A stretch of DNA of 64,000 bases from Octopus bimaculoides. Lineage: Eukaryota. The stretch is taken from positions 31,226,314 to 31,290,313 of the forward strand of contig NC_069003.1 of assembly GCF_001194135.2 (NCBI RefSeq), written 5' to 3'. The translations under genes were made by a program, and so were the position numbers. Each line of letters starts with the position of its first letter. Within the stretch, counting starts at the first letter, position 1. The notes beneath the pieces are model-generated. The model made no database searches and was not told where the DNA came from. It saw only the letters and a list, made by a program, of their open reading frames with translations. Below are positions 63,038 to 64,000 of this stretch, piece by piece.

Positions 63038-63261
63038 TATCTATATACATATATACACACACGTATATATATATACACATATGCACACACATATATATAT
63101 ACATACATATATACATATATAGTATATATTCATCCTTATATATACATATATATTATATGTGTATCCCTTTATCTACCTGTCCATTTATGTATGTATGCAT
63201 ATAAGTATGCATGTATATATATATGTATGTTTGTAGGTATCTCTGTATGTATGTATCTATA

Positions 63262-63304
<43 letters not shown>

Positions 63305-64000
63305 TCATGTGTAGTCGTAGTTATATGAGAATTTTATAATCATAAAATCGTATGTGAATAGACTCTCAAGAGTAGAAGATAAAAGCTGATATTTATATCA
63401 CCAGGCAAACTTTAGTTGACTCAATTTGACACATCTGTGAAGTATTAACAGTGTACTCTTCATGATTAAGCCATTAATATAGTCATTATATTCAAATATA
63501 TTTATATTTCCAAAGCATGTCTGGCAAAAAAAAAAAAGAAAAAAAACTTTATGTATTTATCTTGCAATGTTAAAGACTATACACAGGGATTTCATAATTT
63601 AAATATAACTTGAGACCATAGTAATAGACGGATAAACAGCACGTTTAAGAATATTGTGATATAGTTTGATTAGGAAGCCAGAATGTGGTCTCCTAGGGAA
63701 ATTTGAGTGGTAATTCCATGGCAAACAACCAGTGTTGCATAAAATAGGTTATTTAACACTTTTGGTTGAAGAGAGTTCCTTGTACAAACATACAATACTT
63801 TCCTTTCAAATAGTATTTAAAATAATGAAGACTCTTTTTTAAAGTAACATTGTCATTATTAAGATGGCTTTAAGACAGTGTCTGAAGCAAATCAATATGA
63901 TATTTTGAAGACAGGTTTTAATTTAGCTCACTTCAAAACAGGATGTTTTATCTCTTACATGGCTTTGGTTAGCTAGGAGCTGGGAATTTTTCTAGCTGTG

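Overview
This window is eukaryotic, very AT-rich, repeat-dominated DNA from a draft assembly, with 12 N-gaps that mostly abut microsatellites. The SINE families look like those of octopus, which is an inference from recalled repeat consensus and not from a search. No protein-coding gene can be called confidently. Almost every ORF in the track is a microsatellite, an N-gap or a transposon remnant, and only a few short splice-bounded minus-strand exon candidates remain. I use ad hoc labels A, B, D, E and F for the SINE-like families. The window also holds remnants of RTE, R4/Dong-like, HERO/NeSL-like and Penelope-like retroelements, an LTR end with a tRNA-Trp primer-binding site, and Tc1/mariner, pogo-like, piggyBac, hAT and Helitron non-autonomous elements. 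The most interesting signal is a type I hammerhead ribozyme fold on the minus strand at 4335-4429, with an intact core and a stem I of about 21 bp. Two more degenerate hammerhead-like cores lie at about 57.2 kb and 18.0 kb. Other points of interest are an R4/Dong-like tail embedded in (TAA)n, inverted SINE pairs that could be ADAR substrates, a MITE linked to its transposase donor, and a 470-bp near-perfect local duplication. SINE and LINE remnant boundaries are approximate, to roughly +/-10-30 bp.
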